A stretch of 64,000 nt of DNA, taken from the NCBI GenBank assembly GCA_043228905.1, contig JBHGNT010000015.1:8122001-8186000 (forward strand), in the 5' to 3' direction. Of this stretch, positions 12,824 to 23,617 are shown piece by piece. Positions within the stretch are counted from its first letter, which is position 1; every line of letters begins with the position of its first letter. A model generated the notes under the pieces. That model was given only the letters and a program-made list of their open reading frames with translations. It had not been told where the DNA came from and did not search any database. Source of the stretch: Azolla caroliniana (Eukaryota; Plantae; Polypodiophyta). A program made the position numbers and the translations under genes.

Positions 12824-15584
12824 ATGGACCCGCAAACGCTGTCGGAAGCCGCCAAGAAATGGCTAAAGCAACACGGGCTCGAGGGCTTCTTGATGATTAT
12901 GGAGGTACCGCCACACAAAGAAGCCGACAAGGTGATCAAAGATATCGACATAGAGGTCATAACGGGGGAGGCAATCCGGGCGTTAACAGGCCTTCCGGAG
13001 GGAGGCATACTCACGATTGACAATCCGACCTCAGAGCAACTCATCAAGTATTTTGGTGAGTACTCCCTAGCCAGCAAGGGCTACCGGACACAGGGCGGCG
13101 GAGATATGCTGTTCCGCAAAATTGCTCGTGTGCTCCACAAATACGGCCATGTGTACCCTAGACCCCTTGTCATGCCGCAGAACCAGGTAGGGATGATCAT
13201 TGCCACCTATGAAGGGATCAAGGTGTATTGGCCGGTATTGATCGCAGACGGTTTGTGTGCGGCGATCGAGATCGTCAGAGGCAAAGACGACAAAGAAGGC
13301 CGAGACGGACGGAGGATAGGGCACGCCGTAACGCAGTGGCTCACCTTACTTGTGTCACCCGTCCAGCCGCCCGTCCAACCCAAGAAGCGGGGAAGAGTGG
13401 CGGACGGCACCCCAAAGACTGCTTCCAAAAGACAACAGTTGTTGGCCTCTAAGGCCACTAAGGGGAAGGCAGCGCACGCAGAACAGGCGGGAAAGGAGAG
13501 TGCCAGCCGGAAGCGGCCAACGGATGCGCAGGAGGAACCACCGGTACGGCCCGTAAAGGTTACACTCTGCCAACTGGTGAATAGAGAAGCGGACCCCTTG
13601 GCGGCAAAATTCAATGGCGGGACTTAGGAAGAGGAAATAGAGGAGGAGCCTACGGAGCACCTCCAGCGACAGTCGTCGGCAAGGACCGTTGAGGCAACCG
13701 GGAAACGTTCGGACCCTCAGACGGAGGGAACACCGGCTCCCCATACTGAGACTCCCACGCCAAGGGAGGAACCGGAACCGGTGCGCACGGCACCAGAATC
13801 AGAAGCCCCTGCACCACCGGCAACACCGGCAAGTCCCATCCCGCTAGAGCTGGAAAGGTCAATGCAGCCTCCCTCGGCCAACCAAGAAGAAGCGCAAGGG
13901 GAACCAGGATAGCAGGGTGGTCCACGGGCAGAAATGGAATTGCAACTCGGCGCAATCAGGCGGGACCACCCATCTACAAGCGAGCCCATCCATCAAACCT
14001 CCGTGCAAACGCAACAACAAGGCACCGGTAGCCTGTGGCTCTGGTGGATAGGCGAAGGAAAGAGCGCAAAGCGAACGGTTGCTCGTCACAACCAAACAAC
14101 TAGAGACGGCCCGGTCCAGAATCCGATGCCTTGAAAAAGACTTGGATCAGGTCACGGCAGAGATGGCCAAAATGGCCTTAACGAGAACACAGATCCAATC
14201 ACCGGTGACTCTGGTAAGTGTACAGAATAAAGAAACAGATCAACCTGTACATACCAATAAGACCCCGGCAACGGAAACCGTTCCAGAGAGAGATGCGGCG
14301 CAAGCCCAGGAGCTTGCAGAATTGAGAGATGAACTTGCCGCATAAGAAGTGCTAAGGAGCCGGGAACGGGAATTGAAGACAGCGGCTGAATCAAAATTAA
14401 AGAAGACTGCTGAGAACCTCCGCCGGGTAGAGGAGAGCCTCTGGAAAGGCCATCAAGCGTACGACCGGCTAAGGGAGGAAAAAGACAAAGTGCTGCAGGA
14501 AAAGGACAAGCTGCGGAAGACGGCGGAAACGGAAATTGAACGGCTAAAGGAAGAGCTCCGCCAGCAAAAGGACCGCGAGGACCGGGCCCGTCAACAGATC
14601 AACACACGGCTCAAGCAAAAGACAGATGATTTTGAGCACCTGCACCTGGACTACAAACGGCTGGAAACGGAGCATAAGGAACGGATGGCCGAGCTCCAGC
14701 AGGAAGTTGATCGCGCCGCGACGGCGATCGCCAACGAACGTGCAGAGAATACACGACGGTTGGACGAGGCGAAGAAGGTCCGGATGGAGCTACAGAGGCA
14801 GTAGCAGGAAGAAAAGGAGAGAGCGTCAACGGTATTGCAGAAATTACAAAGCACATATCAAAGGCAATTGACGCATTACAAGGAGCAAGTGGAAGATAAC
14901 GTCAAAATCATCAAGCAACTGAAGGAGGAACGACAAGCGGCGGAGATCAAATCGCAATTGGGAACGAGCCGGATTCAGTGCATCCTCCGGGCATGGCTAA
15001 ATTAGACAAAACTCTTGATTGACGAAAGCTCCGTAAAATGGTGGACAAAGTGGGCACAAAACGTGGCGGAACTCCAATTGCTAAGGGTAGACGTGGCAAA
15101 CCGGCGGAAGGAAGGAGATGATTGTTACACGTTGCCTTCTGAGGACTTCACTGCCATACGGGACGAGCTGGCCGATGACTTCCAAGTCCTGGCGGATGAA
15201 CAACTGGCGCAAGTCCGGCAACTCGTAGCTCAGCTAGACGATGATAGGCTGGACGCTCAAATCCAGTTTGAAAGCTACGTGCGGTCCCGGGTTCGGGAAG
15301 CGGCAACGATTAACTTTAGTGATGAGGAATCGTCGCAAGCCGAGGGCCAGGCCAGAACCAGTCAACCGGAGACCACTACGACGGAGGGAGCAACGACGGA
15401 GATGCCGGTGTCAGAGCAACAAATGGAGGAGCAGCCACAACAGCCACCAAAGGACCCGTCGCAGCAGCCATCAACAGAGCAGCAACAGCAGCAGCAGCAA
15501 CCACAACAACAACAACAACCAATTCCAAATGAACCATTGGAGAATCTCGAACAAAGCATTCTGGATATTTTGGACGAAGAATAG
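12824..15584 (+). pseudogene. Extra 3' ORF of B (about 900 codons, a few stops and a frameshift): PMD-like domain, P/E-rich linker, coiled coil, Q-rich acidic tail
   Basis: ORFs 12824-13627, 14079-14345, 14349-14804 and 15015-15584; the ITxxxIxxLTGLPxGG motif resembles plant mobile domains. Confidence 0.8.
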
Positions 15585-15619
15585 CAAGGGTCGGATGTGG
15601 ATTCGACGTACAAGGTACT

Positions 15620-15636
15620 GTCCCACGGGCGTGCCA
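15620..15636 (+). other. tRNA-3'-end-like sequence GTCCCACGGGCGTGCCA occupying the PPT position of B
   Basis: Ends in CCA 2 nt before the 3' LTR with no adjacent purine tract; same motif in elements A and C. Confidence 0.8.
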
Positions 15637-17454
15637 TGTGTTACCGAGTCTAGAGTGTGAAACGGGGAGTTATTTAATTGTTAGGAATGGTTGTAAGTAA
15701 GCTATGAGTGTGGACGAACGGACCGGAATCGGTATGCCGTTCCGGATCCGGACTGATCCCGAACAGGTGCGGATGGCACCGTTTTGTACTACAGACCGGA
15801 AACCTATTTAAAGGCCCAAATACAATGTAATGAGCAGCGGTTAATTAATAAAGCTTAGTGTTTTTTATCTCTGTGTTAATTGCCGTTCTGCAGTCATTGT
15901 TATATCTTACGCGTGTGAATATTAAGGACGATCATGCTAAGTAACCTAATTAAGTTGGATTAATTGTTGAGTCTAATCATGTTGCCGTAACACCCCTTTG
16001 GTGAAGTGTCTTCCATAGACACCCTATGTTAGGCCATTGTCCGGCCCTAAGAGTTAACATACAACAAACTCACGATCCATGAAACAAGAGTTGGCTCCAG
16101 AGTCTAAGAGGGCAGAAGCTGGGATGTGTTAAGCTCAACTTGTGTAGAGAAAACTCGACTAACTTGATCGGATGAAATGGAACCACAACTAGGGACGGAC
16201 GCTATATGCCTAGGGTTGTCCAACCAAATGGCTCTAATTTTGGCCGGACTTACTCGTTTAACACATCGTCTAATTGGCTCTAGACATCAAATGTATTTTT
16301 ATGACAAGGGCTACTAGGCCTACTTGGTTGACGAGAAGGCGGGGCAGAAATTGAAATGGGGTGGTTATGGGTACTTACTTGGTTAACTTGTCATCATGGT
16401 TTATGTGGGAAATTCACAACAATACGTCCTGGACCACCACAATAGAGGCATAGACGATTCACTCAACATCATTGCTTTTCAGCATCCAATAATGATCCTT
16501 GACGTCGTGTTGTCTCGATTTCCATTGGAGTAGGGTCTTCCACCGAACTTGGCTTTGACACTTGGGATGGACTTGCGACCACCGAAGCATATGTTTCTGC
16601 TGCTCGGTAGCGTAACATTTGTTGGCGTTTAGAACGCCACTCAAATAAGCGATTGTCACATTGCACGGACCAACTTATTGCTTCAGTAAGAGATTTTTGA
16701 TCATCATGGAAGGTAAGAAGTAAATACTTCACATCGTTGCATAGAGCTTGACGAAATTGGTCCATTAACGCCGCCTCATCCCATGGAATATCACATGCTA
16801 GGAGGCGAAAATCTACAACATAAGCGGAAGCAAGACGATCTCCTTGTCGTAATTGTCAAATTTTGTTTATTGCTATCCTCATAGTGTCAGTGTCTCCAAA
16901 GTTGGCTTGGAATTCTTTTATAAACCCTTCAAAATCTTCTAACAGTGGTGACTGCTTCTCTAGGAGTGGTGCATACCATGCTAACGTGGTACCCGTTAAC
17001 AAAGTACCAACTAGTCCCACACGAGCAACATTGGTTGGGGAACGGCTAGGATGCAATTTAATCGTGAATGGTACCAGATTTAAAATCCACGAAATTAAGA
17101 CCTTGTACCATCAAACTTGGCCGGAAGACTAATATTTGGTTCTTTTGGTGAGGTTTGAACTTCCGCCGCTTGTCGTTGAAATAGAGTAGTCTCCAATTGA
17201 TGCACCCATTGAGATAATTCTTCATATTGTTGTACTTTCTCAACACTTGCTTGTTGTCCCCTTGTTGTAGGTCTCCCAACAATCTTTGATTTTCTTGTTC
17301 CAATGCCACAAATTTGGTTGTTAGCATGTCGAGCTCGGAGAGAACGCGCATATATTCTTACTTGTTGACGGACTCCATAGTTACGAGAGAAAATTGCTAG
17401 ATTTTCTTGAATAAGTTTAAGAGAAGAAGAAGAAGAAGTTGGAGAAGAAAAGAG

Positions 17455-17465
17455 ATTCGGTTCAA
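17455..17465 (-). promoter_or_regulatory. Self-priming PBS of J, complementary to 17623-17633 in its own LTR
   Basis: ATTCGGTTCAA and TTGAACCGAAT form a perfect 11-bp inverted pair; no TGG-type tRNA PBS is present. Confidence 0.8.
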
Positions 17466-17911
17466 ACTGTCGTGACTTGAGAGTAGGAGAGAGAAAGATA
17501 AAAGATGATGATCGAAGGTATAGAGAGAGCAAGAGAGAGAAAGAACAGTAGAAATGGAAAAGAGTTTATATTATAAGAGATCAAAGGTTACAAAGAGTAG
17601 GCTAAGGGGCTGAAGACTAGTGTTGAACCGAATGAGTTGTGATGAATATATGAATACCTATTCATAGATCCTTATGGAGTATTCTAGAATATTTTTGATA
17701 TTTGTGATAATAAATATATCATGAAATATTCAAGAATGTTCTATAATACTCTAGAATGTTCTAGAACATTCTAAATAACTTGTGATAACTAAAAGTATAA
17801 TTATTATAATTATACATCATATATGTTATTACAATGGTTAAAGGTTCAACACATAGACCAAGAAGTTGTGGGTTAGATTCTTGATAAGCCAAAATGTATT
17901 TTTTCATGACA

Positions 17912-18415
17912 GGCATGGGGCCACGATAGTCTAGACGACCGGCCGAAACCCCACTCTTGTACATTAGGTAGGAAATTTTGGCTCTCCGACAACAAAGGTT
18001 GCACAATAGTCGGCATCATCGGCCGAGAAAGACGAAGAGTCGAGAAATTCAGCAAAGGAAGCTTGATTGTGGCCCAAGCTAAGAAGACCAACATGCTATG
18101 TCTGATGCATGCTTGGATATGTCGGGAGGAAGTGAATGTGGTAGCCGACAGTGCCGGTGAGTTGTGGCACAAGAGGTTGTGTCACATGAACCAGAAGGGG
18201 ATGGAGAGACTTGTCGAAGATAACCTCATTCCAGAGGTAAAGAACGTGCAATTGGAGAAATGCATTTATTGTTTCACCGGTAAGAAAAACAAAAACTCCT
18301 TCCGGTCGAGACCACTAAAGAGGAGGAAGGTACCGCTTGAACTCGTGCATATCGATGTATGCTCCGTGGATACAAAGTCACATGCTGGATCATACGCAAG
18401 CTGTGGGTTTCCACA
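17912..18415 (+). mobile_element. Degenerate copia 'I', left piece (GAG-pre-integrase/INT start)
   Basis: LWHKRLCHM...PLELVH.DVC...KLWVST; continues after element H at 42589. Confidence 0.85.
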
Positions 18416-19261
18416 TGTCATGATATGGCAAGACTCGAACCCATGACCTTATGTTACATGGTCGAGCTCTTGACCATTAGACTATATGTTGTAATACAAA
18501 GAATATATTTTCATTTAAGTTTTATTATAGAAAATCGATGTATATTCCATATTTCTCTGGAACATTCTAGAAACTTCAGGAGTACTCCTGAGAACACTAT
18601 CAACGGAGGCACAAGGCATTATTTCAAACCTGAGAATATATGAGCTTTCAAGACCCTTGATCTCAGTCGGACCAGTTGACGAAGCCTGCATCCGTGCCGG
18701 ATTCTCATCAGGAGGGTGGACACTCCACAAAGGGAACCTCCTACTTGCTCGAGGACCAAAGGTACATTCCTTGTATCCTTTATATGTCACACTCAAAGAG
18801 GGTGACTTATTTTTGGTTGACGTTGCCGTGCCTTTCGGCTCCGGATCGTTGCGTGAGTCGGGTGGGAACCGCTGGGGTTTTGGACTAGGAGGAAAGAAAA
18901 TTCTAAGGCAATTAAGAATATGAAATATATTGTAAGAAAGAAAGACATGAAAAACTCGTGAATCCCACAAGTATAGTGTATTAGTGAGTACTCAAATTAA
19001 GAGAGAAAAATAGTTAGCAAACTCGTGGATCCCACGATTATATTATATTAATCAACCCTTGTAAAATAATCAACAACCTCTTTACATCTTTTTCTCTTCC
19101 TTATATAGCGTTGGAAGAGTCTAAGTTTATCCCATGCAAGCATCATGTTTTTCCTATCTTTAGTTTTCATGCACACTGCATGTGCATGATTAGCTTTCTA
19201 TCTCATCTTTTCTTTTAACTCGAGTGTCTATGCATGAATAACTTTTTGTACCATGCATGTC

Positions 19262-19900
19262 TAGAAATTTTACATGGGATAAAGTTTAGTATAACTTTAA
19301 AATTCATAATACGCTAATATAATGATAAGGCTTAACATTATTAACATGGAGGTGCAAGGTTCGATTCTTGCCCTATGCATGTAATATATAATTTTACACT
19401 TTCTTCTATTTACAAATATGTCTCTTCATCTAGTGAGAGACTCTCACCGGCCTTCTTCATCCGGCTCTTGCCGGTTCTACTTCATCCGGTTCTCGCCGGT
19501 TTTCTTTATCCGGTTCTTACCGGATCCTTCTTACCGGTCCTCTTCGTCCATTTCTCAGCGACTCTCACCGGCCTTCATCCGGTAGAAATTTTACATGGGA
19601 TAAAGTTTAGTATAACTTTAAAATTCATAATACGCTAGTATAATGATAAGGCTTAACATTATTAACATGGAGGTGCAAGGTTCGATTCTTGACCTATGCA
19701 TGTAATATATAATTTTATACTTTCTTCTATTTACAAATATGTCTCTTCATCTGCTGAGAGACTCTCACCGGCCTTCTTCATCCGGCTCTTGCCGGTTCTA
19801 CTTCATCCGGTTCTCGCCGGTTTTCTTTATCCGGTTCTTACCGGATCCTTCTTACTGGTCCGTTTCTCAACGACTCTCACCGGCCTTCTTCATCCAGCTC
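19262..19900. repeat. Tandem duplication of about 321 bp within the LTR (also at about 26113-26760); each unit has a tRNA-like cassette and CCGG-rich pyrimidine repeats
   Basis: TAGAAATTTTACATGGGATAAAG recurs at 19262 and 19583. Confidence 0.9.
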
Positions 19901-20084
19901 TTGCTGGTCTCCTTACCGGTTTCGGTCCTCACCGGTTCTTCCTTCCGGTTCTCATTGGGTACTCCATATCCTATCCGGAGAAACCAAAAATGTAATTTTT
20001 CACGTAGTGTGCGAATTACACTACGACACTCGCCCCCTCCGAACCCGCACATCCTCCGGTATGTGCCGAAGTCCCCGATGCTTG

Positions 20085-23000
20085 CTATTCACCTTCATCC
20101 GAAGCTTCCTCCAATTCTCCGCTTAAGTCAACTATGAGTTGTAATCCACTTTCCTCGCTTTCCGCATCACCGCGATCTTCATCCGATTGCTCCTTCTTGT
20201 CGGTCTTGTCTAGGATCACATAGGGTTCTTCTTCAGTCTGCTTCTTGAAAATCTTCACCCGTTTCCTGGCTATAGGCACTCGTAGCATCGTTCCATCCAA
20301 CTCGCATAGTCGGTAAATTCCATTATCGAAAACTTTCCGAACCTCATATGGCCCGAACCACCTTTTCGCGAACTTCCGCATCGTTGTATGTTGATGATCC
20401 AAACTACTGTCGTAGACAATCACCCAATCTCCTTCTTCAATCTTCCGCGGTCGTAGTCGATGCTTTGTGTCGAACCGGCTTTTATTCCGGAATCGCGCTT
20501 CTTGTTGTCGCCATATTGCTTCCGCTATGTCTTCCGGTCTTCCCTCTAGTTGTCGTATCCGGACCGCTAGTAGTTCTTCCCGGCTCATCTCTTCCTTCCA
20601 TGGTAGCATTGTCCATGTCGCGATTGCGGTTTCCGTCGGCATTACCGGTGCTTGTCCGGTCATAAGTTCTGCCGGCATGTAACCGGTTCCGGAGCTATGC
20701 GTCGTCCGATCTGCCCATAGTGCATACGGAAGCATCTGCGGCCAATCCTTCACCCTTCCATCGCATGCCTTTGCAAGTGCTTTGACAATCGGACTTTGTC
20801 CTAGTTCAATCTTCCCATTGGCTTCCGGATTGTATGCCATTGTCAGTGTTAACCGAACTCCATGCTTAGTGAAGAATTCCTTAGCTTTATCAGAGTCGAG
20901 TTCTCCCCGATTCACAATCACTTGTCTTACGCACCCGTACCTGCAAAACACTTCTTCCAAAAGGAATTGGCATACCGTAGAACATGTTTTCCTCCGTAGC
21001 GCCCGACCTTCTACTTGGTTTGTGAGATCTTCCCGAGCTAACCCCAAGTACTTCTTTTGTCCGATCCCGGTTGGCATGGCTACAGTGTCGACCATCCATT
21101 TGAAGTTGATTGTCAGTGAGAATGTCGGATGTAACTCATCTCGGTGTCGAACTCCAGAGTAGATTTGACACTTCTTGCAGCTTTCCGTGAACTCCGCGAC
21201 ATCTTTGTACATATTCTTCCACCAATATCTTTGCTTGATCTTCCCAAATGTTCCCCATGTTCCCCGATGTCCAGCCCAATCAGATTTGTGAAATTCTGAC
21301 ATTACCTGGTTTCGTTGCTCTTTTGTCCCGACTACTTGAAGTGGTATGCCACCCGGTCTTTTCGGCTCCCTCCATAAAAATCCATTTTTCAAGAAGAACT
21401 TTCGGACTTGCCGTTTCTTACTTCGGATCTCGGTTCTCTTCTCTTTATTGTCCGATGATTCCTCGATTTCTCGTAGCATTTTCCCGATCAACAAGCTTTC
21501 TCCCTCATATTCTTCTTCCCGGAATTCTTGGATTACGTCCACCCGGCATATGTGCTCCGAAGCAAAGTAGTCTTCGGAAACTTCTTCATTATCGGATTTG
21601 GTTATGTCATCTCCGAACCGCGCCCTTGATAGAATATCCGCTACAACGTTGTCTTTTCTGGAGATGTGTCTTACCTCCAGATTAAGTGACTTAACATATG
21701 CAATCCCCCTTAGCATATCCACATCCGGTATAGTACAACACCGCATCATCCCAAGTATCGGAAGACAATCCATTTCGATCACTACTTCGGCTCCGATCAA
21801 ATAATCTCGATCCGATTTGATTGCCGACACGACTCCCCATAATTCTCTTTTAACTTGTGCATATCCGCGTTGCCTTTCGTTGAGAACCTTTGCTCCGAAT
21901 CGGATCGGATATCGCGAACCTTCCGAGTCGAGTTGATTGATGACCCATCCGATTCTGGTTGGACTTGTATCAACCGTTACTATAACCGGTCGGTCATAGT
22001 TTGGCTTCTTTAGAGCTTCAGCCCTCCGCAGTGTTTTCTTGAGCTTCCTCATGGCTTTGGTGTGTTCCGGTTTCCATTCGAACTTCTTCCCCTTCCGCAA
22101 CAAGTGATAGAGCGGGTCCGCAATATGTGCGTAGTGCGGAATCCATATGTGATAGAATGCACATGCTCCAAGAAACCTTCGGACTTCGGATTGTGACTCG
22201 CATACATTTTTCATAGCTTGAATCGCATCGATCTTGGTTGGTGATGGGCTTCGGCCGTAGGGCCCACATAGATGTCCGACTACCAGTATTTCTTCTTGTT
22301 CGAATGTTGATTTCTCTCCGGAAAGTGTTAGATGCACATCTTCTAACTTCCGTAACACTTTCTCACAATCACGGATATGGTTGACTACGAACCTTCGGCA
22401 TCCCCGTTCATCCATAGCTTCATCTTTTTCTTCCACCGCACACCCTTTCATCGGAATGTCATCTAGGAACGGCATCGTTATCTCCGGTATGCAATCCCGG
22501 AGCACCTTGTTCATCGCATTCATCATATGTGCGACTGAGTTCGTCGAGCCTTGTGGTAGCGTACACATCCGGACTAATCCTATCGGTGTCCGCATGGTAG
22601 TGATGTCTCGGCTCTCCACGGCTAGTTGGAATTGGTCATATCCGGAGTATAGGTCTCCGATGGAGTATATCGCGCGACCGGCAAATGCTTCCGCAAATTC
22701 GTTCACTATCAGACCGACTCCGGAATTCCGGATCGTGACCTTGTTCACCGGTTGCAAGTCTTGAATAAATCGGAGTGACCCATTCTTCTTCGGAACCATA
22801 AACCATCGATTTGAGTACGGAGCATTTGATGGCTCTAGAATCCCCATCGCCACCTTCTCCTTTAGCAAGTTGATGATTTTCAGAATATGCGCTCGTGGCA
22901 CCAGAATCAGCTTCAGGTTCCACAGCACATGGTCAATCATGAAGATCACCATCGGGTCCACTATCTTCGGGTCAGCGCATCCTATTTCTTTCGATGTAAA

Positions 23001-23282
23001 TGCAAATGCTCTCCCATGTCGCTCTAGCATCCCACGGAATCGTTCTTCTTCATTCTTTAATAGGAACCCACCTCCACCGATCCGAAGTTTCTTCTGGGTC
23101 TCATCCGTGAAGGCATGTCCGATATCCATGGACTTCCGAAGTGTCGGATCCCCCGAGACTTCTTTCCTCTTTTGTTCACTATCTGCGGGTAACGGTCCCG
23201 CGGCCGGTTTCACTTTCTTCTCCATGGTCTTGTATTTCGTACTTACCATTGCTTCTTCTTTGCGGAGCTCATCTGGCCCCAT
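20085..23282 (-). CDS. Gypsy pol (RT, RNase H, integrase), 1065 aa
   Basis: DLYSGYDQ, LPQGSTNS, PFLDD; RH VDTS; HHCC finger; integrase core where the second Asp appears changed to Asn (VIVNRGE); GPY motif; acidic tail, no chromodomain. Confidence 0.9.
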   Translation of the reverse strand: MGPDELRKEEAMVSTKYKTMEKKVKPAAGPLPADSEQKRKEVSGDPTLRKSMDIGHAFTDETQKKLRIGGGGFLLKNEEERFRGMLERHGRAFAFTSKEIGCADPKIVDPMVIFMIDHVLWNLKLILVPRAHILKIINLLKEKVAMGILEPSNAPYSNRWFMVPKKNGSLRFIQDLQPVNKVTIRNSGVGLIVNEFAEAFAGRAIYSIGDLYSGYDQFQLAVESRDITTMRTPIGLVRMCTLPQGSTNSVAHMMNAMNKVLRDCIPEITMPFLDDIPMKGCAVEEKDEAMDERGCRRFVVNHIRDCEKVLRKLEDVHLTLSGEKSTFEQEEILVVGHLCGPYGRSPSPTKIDAIQAMKNVCESQSEVRRFLGACAFYHIWIPHYAHIADPLYHLLRKGKKFEWKPEHTKAMRKLKKTLRRAEALKKPNYDRPVIVTVDTSPTRIGWVINQLDSEGSRYPIRFGAKVLNERQRGYAQVKRELWGVVSAIKSDRDYLIGAEVVIEMDCLPILGMMRCCTIPDVDMLRGIAYVKSLNLEVRHISRKDNVVADILSRARFGDDITKSDNEEVSEDYFASEHICRVDVIQEFREEEYEGESLLIGKMLREIEESSDNKEKRTEIRSKKRQVRKFFLKNGFLWREPKRPGGIPLQVVGTKEQRNQVMSEFHKSDWAGHRGTWGTFGKIKQRYWWKNMYKDVAEFTESCKKCQIYSGVRHRDELHPTFSLTINFKWMVDTVAMPTGIGQKKYLGLAREDLTNQVEGRALRRKTCSTVCQFLLEEVFCRYGCVRQVIVNRGELDSDKAKEFFTKHGVRLTLTMAYNPEANGKIELGQSPIVKALAKACDGRVKDWPQMLPYALWADRTTHSSGTGYMPAELMTGQAPVMPTETAIATWTMLPWKEEMSREELLAVRIRQLEGRPEDIAEAIWRQQEARFRNKSRFDTKHRLRPRKIEEGDWVIVYDSSLDHQHTTMRKFAKRWFGPYEVRKVFDNGIYRLCELDGTMLRVPIARKRVKIFKKQTEEEPYVILDKTDKKEQSDEDRGDAESEESGLQLIVDLSGELEEASDEGE

Positions 23283-23617
23283 TTACACAATGATCTCGTA
23301 CATCTCAACCGACTCCACCGGAATTACCCGGTTTCCCTGGCTTGTATCATCCGCGAGCTCTTCAAGCCGTTGTAGTGTGCTCCCATAGAACACCTCTTCG
23401 ACTATTCCCACAATTTCTTCGTCTTCTTTTATTATTGATGCCGATCGTAACTTATCCTCCACTTTTCGGTATTCTTTCTTCATTCCTCCGGTTACGGCCG
23501 TGTACGTGGATGCCCCATCCGGACTGATTCGTACATGTTTTGCACCGAGAGGTTTCTTCCTGTGTTTGGTATCAGGGTTTCTCGGACTATCACTTCCCCA
23601 CTCCGCAACAGTCCGCT

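Larger units (their letters stand above)
11882..16059 (+). mobile_element. Non-autonomous Athila/Tat-like Gypsy 'B' with both LTRs (11882-12336, 15639-16059) and TSD TACAA
   Basis: Near-identical TG..CA LTRs; TACAA at 11877-11881 and 16060-16064; protease remnant VIDGGSGVNVIS near 12570-12606; most of gag-pol deleted. Confidence 0.93.
9044..17911 (-). mobile_element. Tcn1-like chromoviral Gypsy 'J' (degenerate; 5' LTR 17468-17911; interrupted by B, cut off at left by A)
   Basis: Minus-strand gag (LPAKFDGTRS), protease (ALLDSGANS near 16090-16115), RT (YMDD), RH (ASDFALG) and INT (ISLDFITDLP) fragments; paralogous to element H. Confidence 0.9.

Noticed and set aside
14079-14804. Host myosin/SMC-like coiled-coil gene
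   Set aside because: It lies between paired LTRs with a TSD and has homologs at the same position in A and C.
11882-16059. Element B is really minus-oriented, making the motif at 15620 an ordinary PBS
   Set aside because: The protease remnant, a second PBS, LTR signals and (in A) integrase all read on +. The opposite end offers only a weak AAAAGGTG as a PPT.
19305-19380. Functional tRNA genes in LTRs
   Set aside because: A/B boxes and a T-arm-like stem are present, but there is no convincing acceptor or anticodon stem.
19375-19995. Repeated small hydrophobic ORFs (MHVIYNF...)
   Set aside because: Translations of pyrimidine-rich LTR tandem repeats, antisense to the element.
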